From NCBI GenBank assembly GCA_021650915.1, contig CP091279.1:30001-62000 (forward strand): a DNA stretch of 32,000 bases, written 5' to 3'. Made by a program: the position numbers and the translations under genes. This DNA comes from Candidatus Brocadia sp. GTDB taxonomy: Bacteria; Planctomycetota; Brocadiia; Brocadiales; Brocadiaceae. The notes beneath the pieces are model-generated. The model was not told the DNA's origin, searched no databases, and worked only from the letters and a program-made list of their open reading frames with translations. Shown one piece after another: positions 9,175-18,518 of the stretch (position 1 is its first letter; every line of letters begins with the position of its first letter).

Positions 9175-9344
9175 TTTCAACATTATTAGCTGATGAGCAG
9201 ATGGAAGCTGAAGAAAAGACAAAGATTGTTAAGCAGATTCATTCCGAAGTGGAACAGTTAAATGCCCTTTCTGCTGAGTTGCATAACATACTTAAATTAC
9301 GATCGAATGTTATTCCGAATGAAGGAAAACCTGCAAAACTTTAA
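9171..9344 (+). CDS. Hypothetical small protein (57 aa), doubtful
   Basis: An ATG at 9171 follows GGTGGA. The product is a charged, helical-looking peptide with no recognisable family. Confidence 0.25.
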   Translation: MISTLLADEQMEAEEKTKIVKQIHSEVEQLNALSAELHNILKLRSNVIPNEGKPAKL

Positions 9345-9408
9345 TATCGAAGGATGAAATTTTAAGCCCAGCATAAAACTCACATTTTGTGGGCATCCTG
9401 AGTAGATC

Positions 9409-10362
9409 TCAGGGAATCGTGTGTAAACGGGCATTTTTTAAGAGATCTTCTTCGTCTCTTTCGATCTGCGACTTGAGTTCCTCGGAGGTAGTAAACGGCA
9501 TCTCGTCCCGTATTTTAAAGAGGAATTGAACCTCGAGGTTTTGTCCGTAAATATTCTCATGAAAATCAAGAATATGCACTTCGACCTCCAGTCTTTCGTC
9601 TTCACCCGTGAATGGTTCCCTGGCAAAGGTTGGCCGCATGCCGATGTTGGTCAGCGCGAGGTAGTCATGTCCTGCCCAGCACAGCTTTGTTCCGTAAACA
9701 CCCCGGGGTGGCCTCACCTCATGATGTAAATCCAGATTCGCAGTAGGGTACCCAAGGGTTTTTCCCCTGCCTGACTTCCTCACGACCGTGCCCAGGATGG
9801 AAACAGGTCTGCCAAGCATCCGTTCGGCAGTTTCCAGTTCCCCGTTTAAAATAGCTTGGCGGATTGCCGTGCTGCTAATTACCCGTCCCTGATACATTGC
9901 CGGCGGACATTCATATACCTCAAAGCCATAGGTAGCAGCCAGACGGCGAACCAGATGGATATTGCCCTCGCGGTCTCTTCCAAAGCGGCAGTTGAATCCC
10001 AGGATAATGCACTTTACTCCCAGCCAGCCAACCATGATTTCGCGGATGAAATCTTCTGCGCTTATGTGCGCAAAGGTTTTGTCAAAGGGAATGACAACCG
10101 TATGATCCACCCCCAGATTGCTGAACAATTTCAATCGATGCTCCAGCGAGGTGATAAAAGATGGCGGCCTGTTTTCAAGGACGTTTTTGGGATGGCGGTT
10201 GAAGGTAATGATTACTGACTCGCCATGCTTCGTTAGGGCATGATGCAGCACCTCTTCTATAATCCTTTTGTGTCCCCGGTGAACGCCATCGAACATTCCA
10301 ATCGTGGCAACAGGGTAAGGAATCTTTCTGGTCAAGGTCTTTACGCCGTAAATCGTTTCCAA
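9409..10362 (-). CDS. ribF: Bifunctional riboflavin kinase / FMN adenylyltransferase
   Basis: The N-terminal nucleotidyltransferase motif is GMFDGVHRGH. The C-terminal riboflavin kinase region has GYPTANL...GVYG...E.HILDF. Confidence 0.9.
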   Translation of the reverse strand: METIYGVKTLTRKIPYPVATIGMFDGVHRGHKRIIEEVLHHALTKHGESVIITFNRHPKNVLENRPPSFITSLEHRLKLFSNLGVDHTVVIPFDKTFAHISAEDFIREIMVGWLGVKCIILGFNCRFGRDREGNIHLVRRLAATYGFEVYECPPAMYQGRVISSTAIRQAILNGELETAERMLGRPVSILGTVVRKSGRGKTLGYPTANLDLHHEVRPPRGVYGTKLCWAGHDYLALTNIGMRPTFAREPFTGEDERLEVEVHILDFHENIYGQNLEVQFLFKIRDEMPFTTSEELKSQIERDEEDLLKNARLHTIP

Positions 10363-10419
10363 TGCAGCTTCCTTTTTGCTTCCCTGGTAAACAAGGCCTG
10401 TTACCCGCAGGGCTTGATT

Positions 10420-12168
10420 CTATTGGAATTTCGTGTAGAGTTCCATGTGCCGGCTCAGATCATTTTGCCAGTCGGTCATGAAAGATTCTTGCTTTTCGTA
10501 TAAGTAACGTTGCGTTACCGCCTCTTTGTTTTTTTCAAACGCCGTTTTATCGGCAACCTTTTTATCAACCACCTGGATAATGTAGCATGCCTTTTCCCCG
10601 GCGGTTTCCACCGCAATTCCGCGCTGATCCGGCTTCAGTTCAAATCCCTTTTTCGCCACATTCGGCCGGTCTGCTTTGAGCGCTTCGATATATCGCGAGT
10701 CCTTATTAAAAAGCTTCATGGGACGGTTTAGGTAGTTTGTTTCACAAACCGGGACGTCTTTGAGTCCGACTTCAGTCTTCACAGCTTTCACCATGTCTTC
10801 GAAGACGGTTTTTGTGGAAGCTCCTGCGTATTTTTCAGCGATTTCCTTTGCCTTCAGAAGGCCCTTTTCGGCTCTGAGATCGCTGCTTACCCTGTCCCGG
10901 ATCTCTTCCAGAGGGGGCGCTGCCGCCGCCTTTTTGTCAGTGACCTGGAAAATAACCTTGCCTTCTACAAAATCGAGCGGAATGGAGGCCTCATGTTTAT
11001 CCCGGTCAAATGCAATCTGAACCAACTGGTCAGAACCCGGCAACACCTCGAACAGATCGTTTTCCGTGAGAAATTCGTCGTTCGATTTCTTGCTTTTTGG
11101 TATTTCATAAGCGACGTTATATTTCTGTGCCAGGTCTTTAAAGCCAGGGCGTTCGGCCTTGTCCATGGTTTCGTATATCTCTTCATCCAGTTTGTTCATA
11201 ATTTCAGCAGCCTTTGCCATGGCCTTTTGTCTGGCGAGTGTCTTTCGAATGTCTCCTTGTGCCTCGGCAAAGGTTTTGTATGTGGTAACGGTTTTTTGTT
11301 CCTGAGCCTTGTTTGCTGCAGACGACTCCTTCTCTTCCTTTTTCACGGTTTTCTTTTCTGCCGGAGATTCTTCTTTGACGGTAATCTTAAACTGTGTCTC
11401 TTTATTGTCTTCATAATATTTTTTCATTTCTTCATCGGCAACCGGCACGTGTTTCTCCATATCGGTGTATCGTGCAATGAGGCATTCCAGCTTTACCCGT
11501 TCAGGGAATTTATATCCGGGGTTTTCAGCATCTTCGCTGGCGGCGTTATCCTTGTGCTTTTCATAAAAGGAGCGGATTTCATCTTCCGTTATATAAACCG
11601 AATCCACAAAATCTTTCGCCTTTAAGGTAAGCACCTTGAGCTTTACCTGCTCGTTTTCCAGGGAATACCTCTGCCAGGCTTCGTCCGTAGTCATCTTTAC
11701 CGACATCCGGATCAACGAGTCCAGCTTCTCTACCAGGATAGCTTCACTCAGGGTGCGTGCTATCTGCTCCTGATTCAGCCTGAAATTCGCGCAGAGAAAA
11801 TGAAGGAGCCTTGTCCGGTCGAGATTCTCGTTTCCGCCAAATATCTGAAAGGCAAACCGTTGAAGCCCTTCGTCGATCTCCTGCATCGTTACCGTGAGTC
11901 CCATATGTCTTGCCTTTTCAACGTACATCAGCTGTTTCCAGACCAGCGAAACGATCGATTCATTTGCCTGAGGGAAGAATAATCTTTGCCACCGACTCAG
12001 CATCTCTGCAAATTCATTCTGCGTAATCTTCCGGCCAAATGCCCTTCCGATCGGTTTTTTCGGGATCATTTCCATCGCAGAATAACTAATGCCCCACACG
12101 CACATAGCAAAGATCATGACGATATAAACCGTCTTTTGATGCCTTCTGAACCAAGAACTCGAGACCAT
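10420..12168 (-). CDS. PpiD/SurA-like periplasmic chaperone / peptidyl-prolyl isomerase family protein
   Basis: It has an N-terminal membrane anchor (VYIVMIFAMCVWGISY), a SurA-N-like region and a long acidic/lysine-rich linker. The size is typical of PpiD-like proteins. Confidence 0.75.
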   Translation of the reverse strand: MVSSSWFRRHQKTVYIVMIFAMCVWGISYSAMEMIPKKPIGRAFGRKITQNEFAEMLSRWQRLFFPQANESIVSLVWKQLMYVEKARHMGLTVTMQEIDEGLQRFAFQIFGGNENLDRTRLLHFLCANFRLNQEQIARTLSEAILVEKLDSLIRMSVKMTTDEAWQRYSLENEQVKLKVLTLKAKDFVDSVYITEDEIRSFYEKHKDNAASEDAENPGYKFPERVKLECLIARYTDMEKHVPVADEEMKKYYEDNKETQFKITVKEESPAEKKTVKKEEKESSAANKAQEQKTVTTYKTFAEAQGDIRKTLARQKAMAKAAEIMNKLDEEIYETMDKAERPGFKDLAQKYNVAYEIPKSKKSNDEFLTENDLFEVLPGSDQLVQIAFDRDKHEASIPLDFVEGKVIFQVTDKKAAAAPPLEEIRDRVSSDLRAEKGLLKAKEIAEKYAGASTKTVFEDMVKAVKTEVGLKDVPVCETNYLNRPMKLFNKDSRYIEALKADRPNVAKKGFELKPDQRGIAVETAGEKACYIIQVVDKKVADKTAFEKNKEAVTQRYLYEKQESFMTDWQNDLSRHMELYTKFQ

Positions 12169-12348
12169 ATCTCCCTCTTAATTGAATTTATTACCCCGGT
12201 GACAATGAAAAAAATAAAATAAAGTTCCATTTTATATGCAAGAGTAATAATTATCAAATGGTTTTTTGTAATTTGTTTTTCGCCCCGTTCTGCAAAAACT
12301 ACCTTTTTACTTAAAATTAGAATTAATCGATTTTAGCGCAGAAATGTC

Positions 12349-12377
12349 TTGACACGATTTCCAAGCTCTGCTTAAAT
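12349..12377 (+). promoter_or_regulatory. Candidate sigma70-type promoter for topA
   Basis: TTGACA (12349-12354), a 17-nt spacer and TTAAAT (12372-12377) lie about 30 nt upstream of the topA ATG. Confidence 0.4.
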
Positions 12378-12408
12378 TTGCACTTTCAGGTTTTTGAGGT
12401 TTTTATAG

Positions 12409-14754
12409 ATGGCCAAAGCTAAGAAAAATATGGTAATTGTTGAATCCCCTGCCAAGGCGAAGACCATTGGGAAGTATCTCGGTTCGTCCTTCTTCGTCTG
12501 CTCATCAATGGGACACGTCCGCGACCTGCCCGAAAAAAAGTTGTCCGTCGACATCGAAAATAATTTTACTCCGGAATATAAGATCATCCCGAGCCGGAAA
12601 AAACTTATCTCAGAGTTGCTGGCTGGTGCAAAGAAGGCGGACGCGATCTACCTGGCATCCGATCTTGACCGCGAGGGAGAGGCGATTGCATGGCATTTGA
12701 CCCAGGCGCTGGGAATCCCTGACGAAAAGGCAAAGCGGGTTACGTTTAATGAAATTACAAAAGACGCCATTCTGGAAGCCTTTAATCACCCGAGTTCTAT
12801 CAATATGGCAAAGGTGAATGCCCAGCAGGCGCGGCGGATCCTCGACCGGATTGTTGGTTACCAGATAAGCCCCCTCTTATGGAAAAAAATCTCAAAAGGG
12901 CTCAGCGCTGGCCGGGTTCAGTCCGTGGCAGTCCGCCTTATTGTGGAGCGTGAAAGGGAAATCAGGGACTTCAAGCCACAAGAGTACTGGAAGATCACTG
13001 CCGAATTAAAAACGATTGCAGGGGAGAAGCCCGGGGATGCCAAAACCTTTAAGGCCATCCTGCAAAAGCTTAACAATGAAACTATTGAAATAAAGAATGA
13101 GCCACAAGCCACGGATATTGTCAGCGAACTTCAGAAGGCAGGGTATAGTGTCGCTAACGTAAAAAAACAAACGAAACGCAATAACGCCCCTCCGCCCTTT
13201 ACGACCAGTCTTTTGCAGCAGCAGGCATCCACCCGATTGCAGTTTACCGCCAAAAAAACGATGCTCATCGCCCAGCAGTTATATGAGGGAATTGATCTCG
13301 GCCGCGAGGGCGCCGTAGGGCTTATTACCTATATGAGAACGGATTCGTTTCACATATCGGAACAGGCGATAACGTCCTGCCGGAAGCTGATTGCAGAGAG
13401 CTATGGAAACAATTACCTTCCGGAAAAACCGAACCTGCATGCCTCGGATAAAAAAGGCACTCAGGGCGCTCACGAGGCCATCCGTCCTACGACGGTTGAA
13501 TACACACCTGAATCCATAAAGGACTCTTTAACGAAGGATCAATACAAACTGTATGAACTCATATGGAACCGGTTTATTGCCAGTCAGATGAAACCGGCGC
13601 TCTACGCAGTAACTGATGTTGAAATTGTGACGCAATCTGCAACAGACTCAGGAGATGACGCGAAGGCGCCTCCAAAGGAGTACCTGTTAAAAGCGAGAGG
13701 AAGGGAATTACTCTTCGATGGCCATACCCGTGTTTCAGGCCACGAAATGGAAAAGGATGAGCAGATACTCCCGACGCTGGAGAAAGACCAGAAGCTCGAA
13801 TTACTGGCGGTTGTGCCTACCCAGCACTTTACCCAGCCGCCTCCCCGTTTTTCCGAGGCGTCTCTCGTGAAAACCCTGGAGAAGATGGGAATAGGAAGGC
13901 CCAGCACCTACGCTGCAATTATCTCCACGATACAGGACCGGGGATACGTCAAGCAGGAGAAACGCGCCTTTTACGCGACGGAACTGGGGATACTGGTTAC
14001 CGAGAAACTCATTGAACATTTTGCAAAGATCATGGATGTAAAATTTACCTCGCACATGGAGGATGAACTGGACAAGATCGAAGATGAAAAGGTCGGGTGG
14101 CTGAAGGTGCTGAAGGAATTTTACGAACCGTTTAAAATTGATCTGGAAAAGGCGGTGGGAGAAATGAAAAGTGTCAAGGGCACTCCGGAAGAAAGCAACC
14201 AGAAATGCACCCTCTGCGGACAGCCAATGGTTATCCGGTGGGGGAGACACGGGAAATTTTTGGGCTGTTCGGGATTTCCCACCTGCAAAAGCACCCTTCC
14301 CCTCGATGAAAAAGGCGAGCCTTCTCCCCCGGAGACAACTGACCAGAAATGTGAAAAATGCGGGAGCGCCATGGTTGTGAAGACGAGCCGTCACGGGAAG
14401 TTTCTGGCGTGTTCTGCATACCCCACCTGCAAGAATACCAAGTCTCTTGGCGGCGAAACGACGAAAGTGGAGCCCACGGATGAAAAGTGTGAAAAATGTG
14501 GCAGCCCTATGGTGATCCGGTCCAGCAAGAGGGGCCGGTTTATGGGGTGTTCAGCCTATCCCAAATGCAGAAATCTCAAGTCACTTCCCACCGGAGTAAA
14601 ATGCCCGAATGAGGGTTGCGGGGGAGACCTCGTGCAACGGCGCTCAAAAAAGGGCGGGATATTTTTCGGGTGCAGCAAATATCCGGAATGTGATTATATA
14701 GCAAAAGAACTACCCGGTACTTCTGATGCCATAAAAGACGATAGCCCTGGTTAA
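12409..14754 (+). CDS. topA: DNA topoisomerase I with four C-terminal zinc-ribbon repeats
   Basis: A Toprim N-terminus (MVIVESPAKAKTIGKYLG) and the catalytic region GLITYMRTDS are present. There are four CxxC...CxxC fingers (CTLCG, CEKCG x2, CPNEGCG). Confidence 0.95.
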   Translation: MAKAKKNMVIVESPAKAKTIGKYLGSSFFVCSSMGHVRDLPEKKLSVDIENNFTPEYKIIPSRKKLISELLAGAKKADAIYLASDLDREGEAIAWHLTQALGIPDEKAKRVTFNEITKDAILEAFNHPSSINMAKVNAQQARRILDRIVGYQISPLLWKKISKGLSAGRVQSVAVRLIVEREREIRDFKPQEYWKITAELKTIAGEKPGDAKTFKAILQKLNNETIEIKNEPQATDIVSELQKAGYSVANVKKQTKRNNAPPPFTTSLLQQQASTRLQFTAKKTMLIAQQLYEGIDLGREGAVGLITYMRTDSFHISEQAITSCRKLIAESYGNNYLPEKPNLHASDKKGTQGAHEAIRPTTVEYTPESIKDSLTKDQYKLYELIWNRFIASQMKPALYAVTDVEIVTQSATDSGDDAKAPPKEYLLKARGRELLFDGHTRVSGHEMEKDEQILPTLEKDQKLELLAVVPTQHFTQPPPRFSEASLVKTLEKMGIGRPSTYAAIISTIQDRGYVKQEKRAFYATELGILVTEKLIEHFAKIMDVKFTSHMEDELDKIEDEKVGWLKVLKEFYEPFKIDLEKAVGEMKSVKGTPEESNQKCTLCGQPMVIRWGRHGKFLGCSGFPTCKSTLPLDEKGEPSPPETTDQKCEKCGSAMVVKTSRHGKFLACSAYPTCKNTKSLGGETTKVEPTDEKCEKCGSPMVIRSSKRGRFMGCSAYPKCRNLKSLPTGVKCPNEGCGGDLVQRRSKKGGIFFGCSKYPECDYIAKELPGTSDAIKDDSPG

Positions 14755-14952
14755 TCGCAGAGGAAGAGATCCAGGGCACAGCCACAACCAAATCCTCCCC
14801 GGAACGGGAGGGTGAAGGACATGCGCCTTCGCTTGACAGTAAGGAATTTCAAAGTTTTTTGCGGGTACGGCAGGTGACTGTCCCCCGATGGCGGGGGCAA
14901 AGGGTGGAAATGGGCAAATCAATACACGATACGAAACGTCTTAAATACAATA

Positions 14953-15160
14953 GCCATTGCGAGCAACAGCAAAGCAATCCTTCCCTGATGTCCGGGATTT
15001 TAATCTTTCTGTTCCTGCCTTACACACCCCTAACTCCCTCTCAAGAGGGGATGAGGGAAGTCCCCTCCTGGGAGGGGATTCAGGGGTGGGTTTAGCCTTA
15101 TAATGAAAAGTCGCCGAAGGCCTAATGAAAGATTGCTTCGGGCTAACGTCCTTGCAATGA
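14953..15160. repeat. Composite of dispersed short repeats downstream of topA
   Basis: CATTGCGAGC..CAAAGCAATCC (14953-14980) and GATTGCTTCGG..CCTTGCAATG (15131-15159) form an inverted pair. They flank CCCTCTCAAGAGGGGATGAGGGAAGTCCCCTCCTGGGAGGGG hairpins. The same CATTGCGAG/GAAGCAATC motif recurs at 18268-18335, 18490-18518, 20135-20165, 28683-28800 and 29211-29300. Confidence 0.6.
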
Positions 15161-15387
15161 TAACTCTCCTTTTGCGTTTACCATCGGCCATTCCTCCCGG
15201 TGCGCTCTTGCGGGTTCGGGTTTTTTAATCTGAACCCCATATTGAATAGCGCAAATTCAGTGATGTTTTGGTTCTCCGCATTTGCAGAAGGCCATACCCT
15301 GCCTTTGGCATAGTTACCTCGCAGGGTATTTTGAAGAGAACAATAGTATGGTGGCAATGATATCATCCTTATTTCAATAAGATACAT

Positions 15388-16458
15388 ATGAAAACCGGTA
15401 TTGCGCATCTGCCGCTTCATGGAGGCAAGGCGCCTTCGTGGCTATTCCAGCGGATGAAACGGCTTGCACGGGAAATTACGATTGCCGTGGTAAGCGAATA
15501 TGGCCCACAGGAGATGCTCAGAAGACTTTCCGACCCGTTCTGGTTTCAGGCATTCGGCTGTGTGTTGGGATTTGACTGGCATTCAAGCGGTGTGACGACT
15601 ACCACGTGCGGGGCGCTGAAGGAAGGCATGAAGGGGCTTGAGGTGGAATTAGGCCTGTTCATTGCCGGCGGCAAGGGAGGAACTTCCCGGAAAACGCCAT
15701 CGGAGATTATCCGTGCGGGCGGCCATCTGTCGTGTGATCCCGAAAAACTGGTCTATGCCAGCAGGATGAGCGCCAAGGTGGACAGCAGCGCCGTACAGGA
15801 TGGATATCAGTTGTATCATCACGCATTTATCTTCACGAAGTCCGGGGATTGGGCTGTTGTTCAGCAGGGAATGAATGATGCCAGTAAATATGCGCGCCGG
15901 TACCACTGGCTTGGCAGCAGAGTGGCAAACTTTGTGGTGGAACCCCATCAGGCCATTTGCTGTGATTCACGGGGGGATACCCTGAACATGGTGGCCGTAG
16001 CGAGTGAAGAGGCAAGACAATCCGCCGTCATCCTTTCACAGCTCAAACCCGGTGTTTTGGTGGGTGAGATCAAAAAGATTCAGCACCTGCATCTGCCGTC
16101 CCGTCACCACGTTGATATCCGGGATATTCACCCGGACCGCCTCTATAAGATATTCGTAAAGACCTATGAACAGGCGCCGGAAAATTTTGAATCGTTGCTG
16201 GGAATGGAAGGGGTGGGTCCCAAGACCATCCGGGCGCTGGCGCTGATTTCTGAAATTGTGTACGGGAAAAGCCCCAGTTTTCATGACCCGGTCAGGTACA
16301 GCTTTGCCCACGGTGGCAAGGATGGACATCCGTATCCGGTCGACCGGGAGGTGTATGACCGCACGATTGAAATATTCAGGAATGCCCTCCGGCAGGCAAA
16401 GGTTGGAAACAACGAGAAGGTGGACGCCCTGAAACGACTGAACCGTTTCATGTCTTAA
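15388..16458 (+). CDS. DUF763 domain protein
   Basis: The N-terminus TGIAHLPLHGGKAPSWLFQRMKRLAREI and the overall length are typical of DUF763 (recognised from memory). Confidence 0.8.
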   Translation: MKTGIAHLPLHGGKAPSWLFQRMKRLAREITIAVVSEYGPQEMLRRLSDPFWFQAFGCVLGFDWHSSGVTTTTCGALKEGMKGLEVELGLFIAGGKGGTSRKTPSEIIRAGGHLSCDPEKLVYASRMSAKVDSSAVQDGYQLYHHAFIFTKSGDWAVVQQGMNDASKYARRYHWLGSRVANFVVEPHQAICCDSRGDTLNMVAVASEEARQSAVILSQLKPGVLVGEIKKIQHLHLPSRHHVDIRDIHPDRLYKIFVKTYEQAPENFESLLGMEGVGPKTIRALALISEIVYGKSPSFHDPVRYSFAHGGKDGHPYPVDREVYDRTIEIFRNALRQAKVGNNEKVDALKRLNRFMS

Positions 16459-16545
16459 ATAAGCGCCCAACGGAGAGCGACCAGCCTGGTCGCCCTACAA
16501 GCACAAGATGGCGATGCGGACACACAAAGGTTATCCGTATTGACC

Positions 16546-17211
16546 TTACCCTGGGGTTGCTGCGATTAAATTTTCCTGCCATCGTGGCGAAAGCGCGGGG
16601 CAACGGGCCAGTTCCCGTGCCGCCGTAGCGTCCGTCCTGCGGTTGCGCATAATGGCGTATGCCGTAGCAACAGTCCATTGCGGGAAAGACCGTCCTGTGA
16701 GAACAAGCGTATTTCCAGCCTCCACATATCCCTCCCGGAGGACTCGGAAATACCAGCCTGTTTTCCCGGTCTGTTTCATGCGCGCGCCGAAATCCTGGAT
16801 TTCCCACCGGCGTTCGATTTTCCAGCAGGGTTGACGCGGCTGTGAAACCTGAACCAGCGCCTCGCCAGCATGAAACACATCGCCAATGCAAACCTCATCT
16901 TCCAGCAGACCGCTGGTCGTGAAGTTCTCACCAAAGGCGCCGTACGGCATGTCCGGCAGATGAAGTGTCTGTTTCCAATAGGGGTAATGCTCGGATGGAT
17001 AGGCATTGATTGCCTTGTGCGGGCCGCCGTGCACCGATAAATCTGCCTGCGCGTCGCCGTCGAGGTTCAGCGTACCCAGCCATACATGGCCGTAAACGGG
17101 CGCCTTGAAGATGCCCGTCTGCCACGGCTTATCAGGTGAACCGGTTGCGTGTATTCCGACCATGGTTCTTGGCAAACCAGCCTGAACTGAGAGGATGCAT
17201 GCTTCTTTCAT
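16546..17211 (-). CDS. MOSC domain protein (YiiM-like)
   Basis: HGGPHKAINAYPSEHY...GAFGENFT..GL.E..VCIGD......LVQVSQPRQPC is the MOSC beta-barrel signature. Confidence 0.85.
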   Translation of the reverse strand: MKEACILSVQAGLPRTMVGIHATGSPDKPWQTGIFKAPVYGHVWLGTLNLDGDAQADLSVHGGPHKAINAYPSEHYPYWKQTLHLPDMPYGAFGENFTTSGLLEDEVCIGDVFHAGEALVQVSQPRQPCWKIERRWEIQDFGARMKQTGKTGWYFRVLREGYVEAGNTLVLTGRSFPQWTVATAYAIMRNRRTDATAARELARCPALSPRWQENLIAATPG

Positions 17212-17393
17212 AGGGGTATTATTAAAGCATCAAACACCGGAAAAATCAAAGCGAAAGGTATGCAAACGATCACAAAACCTGGAAGATCGTCCGTTGTTAT
17301 AAAATACTTGTTTTTTGAGATAAAAAAAGTAAGCTTTAATCATTTGATGTATTCGTGCATAAAATCGATAGTTCTCTAGCAAGGAGGTCTGAA

Positions 17394-18185
17394 ATGAAAA
17401 GAGGTTCGGCGTTATTTACCACTGCTCTGTTGGCTTTGATTCCTTTGGTTTTGGGATACAGCGCGCATGCTGAAACGAAGAAATTAGACAAAACACCGCC
17501 GGAGCATTTATATATGAAGGAAAAGCAGCAGGCCCCTCCCGTTTCCCATCAGGACGTGTCGGCCCTCTCTGGCAAGGTGGTGGAAACGATGAACAGCGGT
17601 GGTTACACCTACCTCTGTATCGAGAAGGACGGCAAAAAAACCTGGGCGGCTATCCTGGAGACAAAGGTGGCCGTTGGGCAGGAGATAGCCCTGCAGCCCG
17701 GTTATGAAATGGTTAATTTTGCCAGCAAGACCCTAAACCGTACCTTTGACAAAATCATCTTCTCTACCGGACCCGCATCACAGGAGGGGACTGTTGATGT
17801 AAAGAGTTTCCACGGTAAAACCGCAGAAACCAAGACGAAAGAGGCCGCTCCCGCCGAGAAGATACAGGTAGAGAAGGCTTCCGCTGCCGATGCTTACACC
17901 GTGGCGGAACTTTACGGGAAAAAGGCCGAGCTTGACACGAAAAACGTTACCGTGCGGGGCAAGGTAGTGAAGGTCTCGTCCGGAATTATGGGAAGGAACT
18001 GGCTGCACGTCCAGGACGGAACGGGAAATCAGCAGGACGGGAGCAATGATCTGGTGGTGACATCAAAAGACCTGGCTGCTGTGGGCGATGTTGTAACCAT
18101 TAGTGGGACTTTATACAAGGACAAGGACTTTGGGAGTGGCTACAAGTATGACGTGATTGTAGAACAGGCAAGTATCAAAAAATGA
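17394..18185 (+). CDS. Secreted hypothetical protein with two similar beta-rich halves
   Basis: AGGAGG lies 7 nt upstream of the ATG at 17394. The signal peptide is MKRGSALFTTALLALIPLVLGYSAHA. An internal repeat is visible (GKVVETMNSGGYTYL... and RGKVVKVSSGIMGRNWL...). Function is unknown. Confidence 0.7.
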   Translation: MKRGSALFTTALLALIPLVLGYSAHAETKKLDKTPPEHLYMKEKQQAPPVSHQDVSALSGKVVETMNSGGYTYLCIEKDGKKTWAAILETKVAVGQEIALQPGYEMVNFASKTLNRTFDKIIFSTGPASQEGTVDVKSFHGKTAETKTKEAAPAEKIQVEKASAADAYTVAELYGKKAELDTKNVTVRGKVVKVSSGIMGRNWLHVQDGTGNQQDGSNDLVVTSKDLAAVGDVVTISGTLYKDKDFGSGYKYDVIVEQASIKK

Positions 18186-18345
18186 GCAAGAGGTTCGTTT
18201 TTTGAAAATAATGCTGTAAGGGTGAAGTACAAAATAGGAAGCGTAATAAATAAGTAGGCAGGCAAAATGTCATTGCGGGCGGAGCGAAGCAATCCCATAA
18301 TTGAGGTTGCTTCGTTGCTCTGCTTTTCGCAATGGCAATTTTTTC

Positions 18346-18369
18346 GTAACAATTTAGTTTTTTGAAAAA
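18346..18369 (+). repeat. Solo GTAAC-type terminal repeat (GTAACAATTTAGTTTTTTGAAAAA)
   Basis: It has the same 24-nt motif as the ends of the IS66-like element and of the MITE-like units at 20401-20532, 28177-28444, 28525-28663 and 28991-29141. Confidence 0.7.
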
Positions 18370-18395
18370 TCCCAACAAAGGCAATGTTTACCATA

Positions 18396-18432
18396 CCGTG
18401 TAGGGGCAGGTTTGAAACCTGCCCCTACACGG
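18396..18432. repeat. 37-nt near-perfect palindrome CCGTGTAGGGGCAGGTTT-G-AAACCTGCCCCTACACGG
   Basis: Read directly from the sequence. A second copy is at 20447-20482. Related GTAGGGGC...GCCCCTAC hairpins lie at 28073-28150, 29050-29118 and 30251-30278. Confidence 0.8.
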
Positions 18433-18446
18433 CAATACTATTCATG

Positions 18447-18518
18447 CCGCAGCACAGCCGCAACCAAATTTCCTTTACGAAAGCGGGGAGATTGCTTCGG
18501 AAAAGGCCCCTCGCAATG
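18447..18518 (-). repeat. Left half of a dispersed composite repeat, broken by the IS110 insertion
   Basis: It matches the reverse complement of 29262-29339 and 28766-28843 up to ...CTCGCAATG, then diverges at 18519. Confidence 0.7.

Noticed and set aside
13801-14394. 197-aa minus-strand ORF and other ORFs inside topA (12437-12700, 12918-13112, 13602-13907, 14121-14419)
   Set aside because: These are shadow ORFs within a full-length, motif-complete topoisomerase I gene.
16448-16891. 147-aa minus-strand ORF overlapping the 3' half of the MOSC gene in another frame
   Set aside because: The MOSC frame (16546-17211) carries the family motifs, and this alternative frame is Gly/Arg/Pro-rich with no features.
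18140-18394. Small ORFs across the repeat patchworks (18140-18394, 18552-18887, 19661-19897, 20643-20985, 29007-29195, 29532-30378)
   Set aside because: They translate dispersed palindromic repeats (for example the ...LLRSARND... and ...MLRPY... artefacts), IS non-coding ends or CRISPR repeats, and none has a ribosome-binding site or family resemblance.
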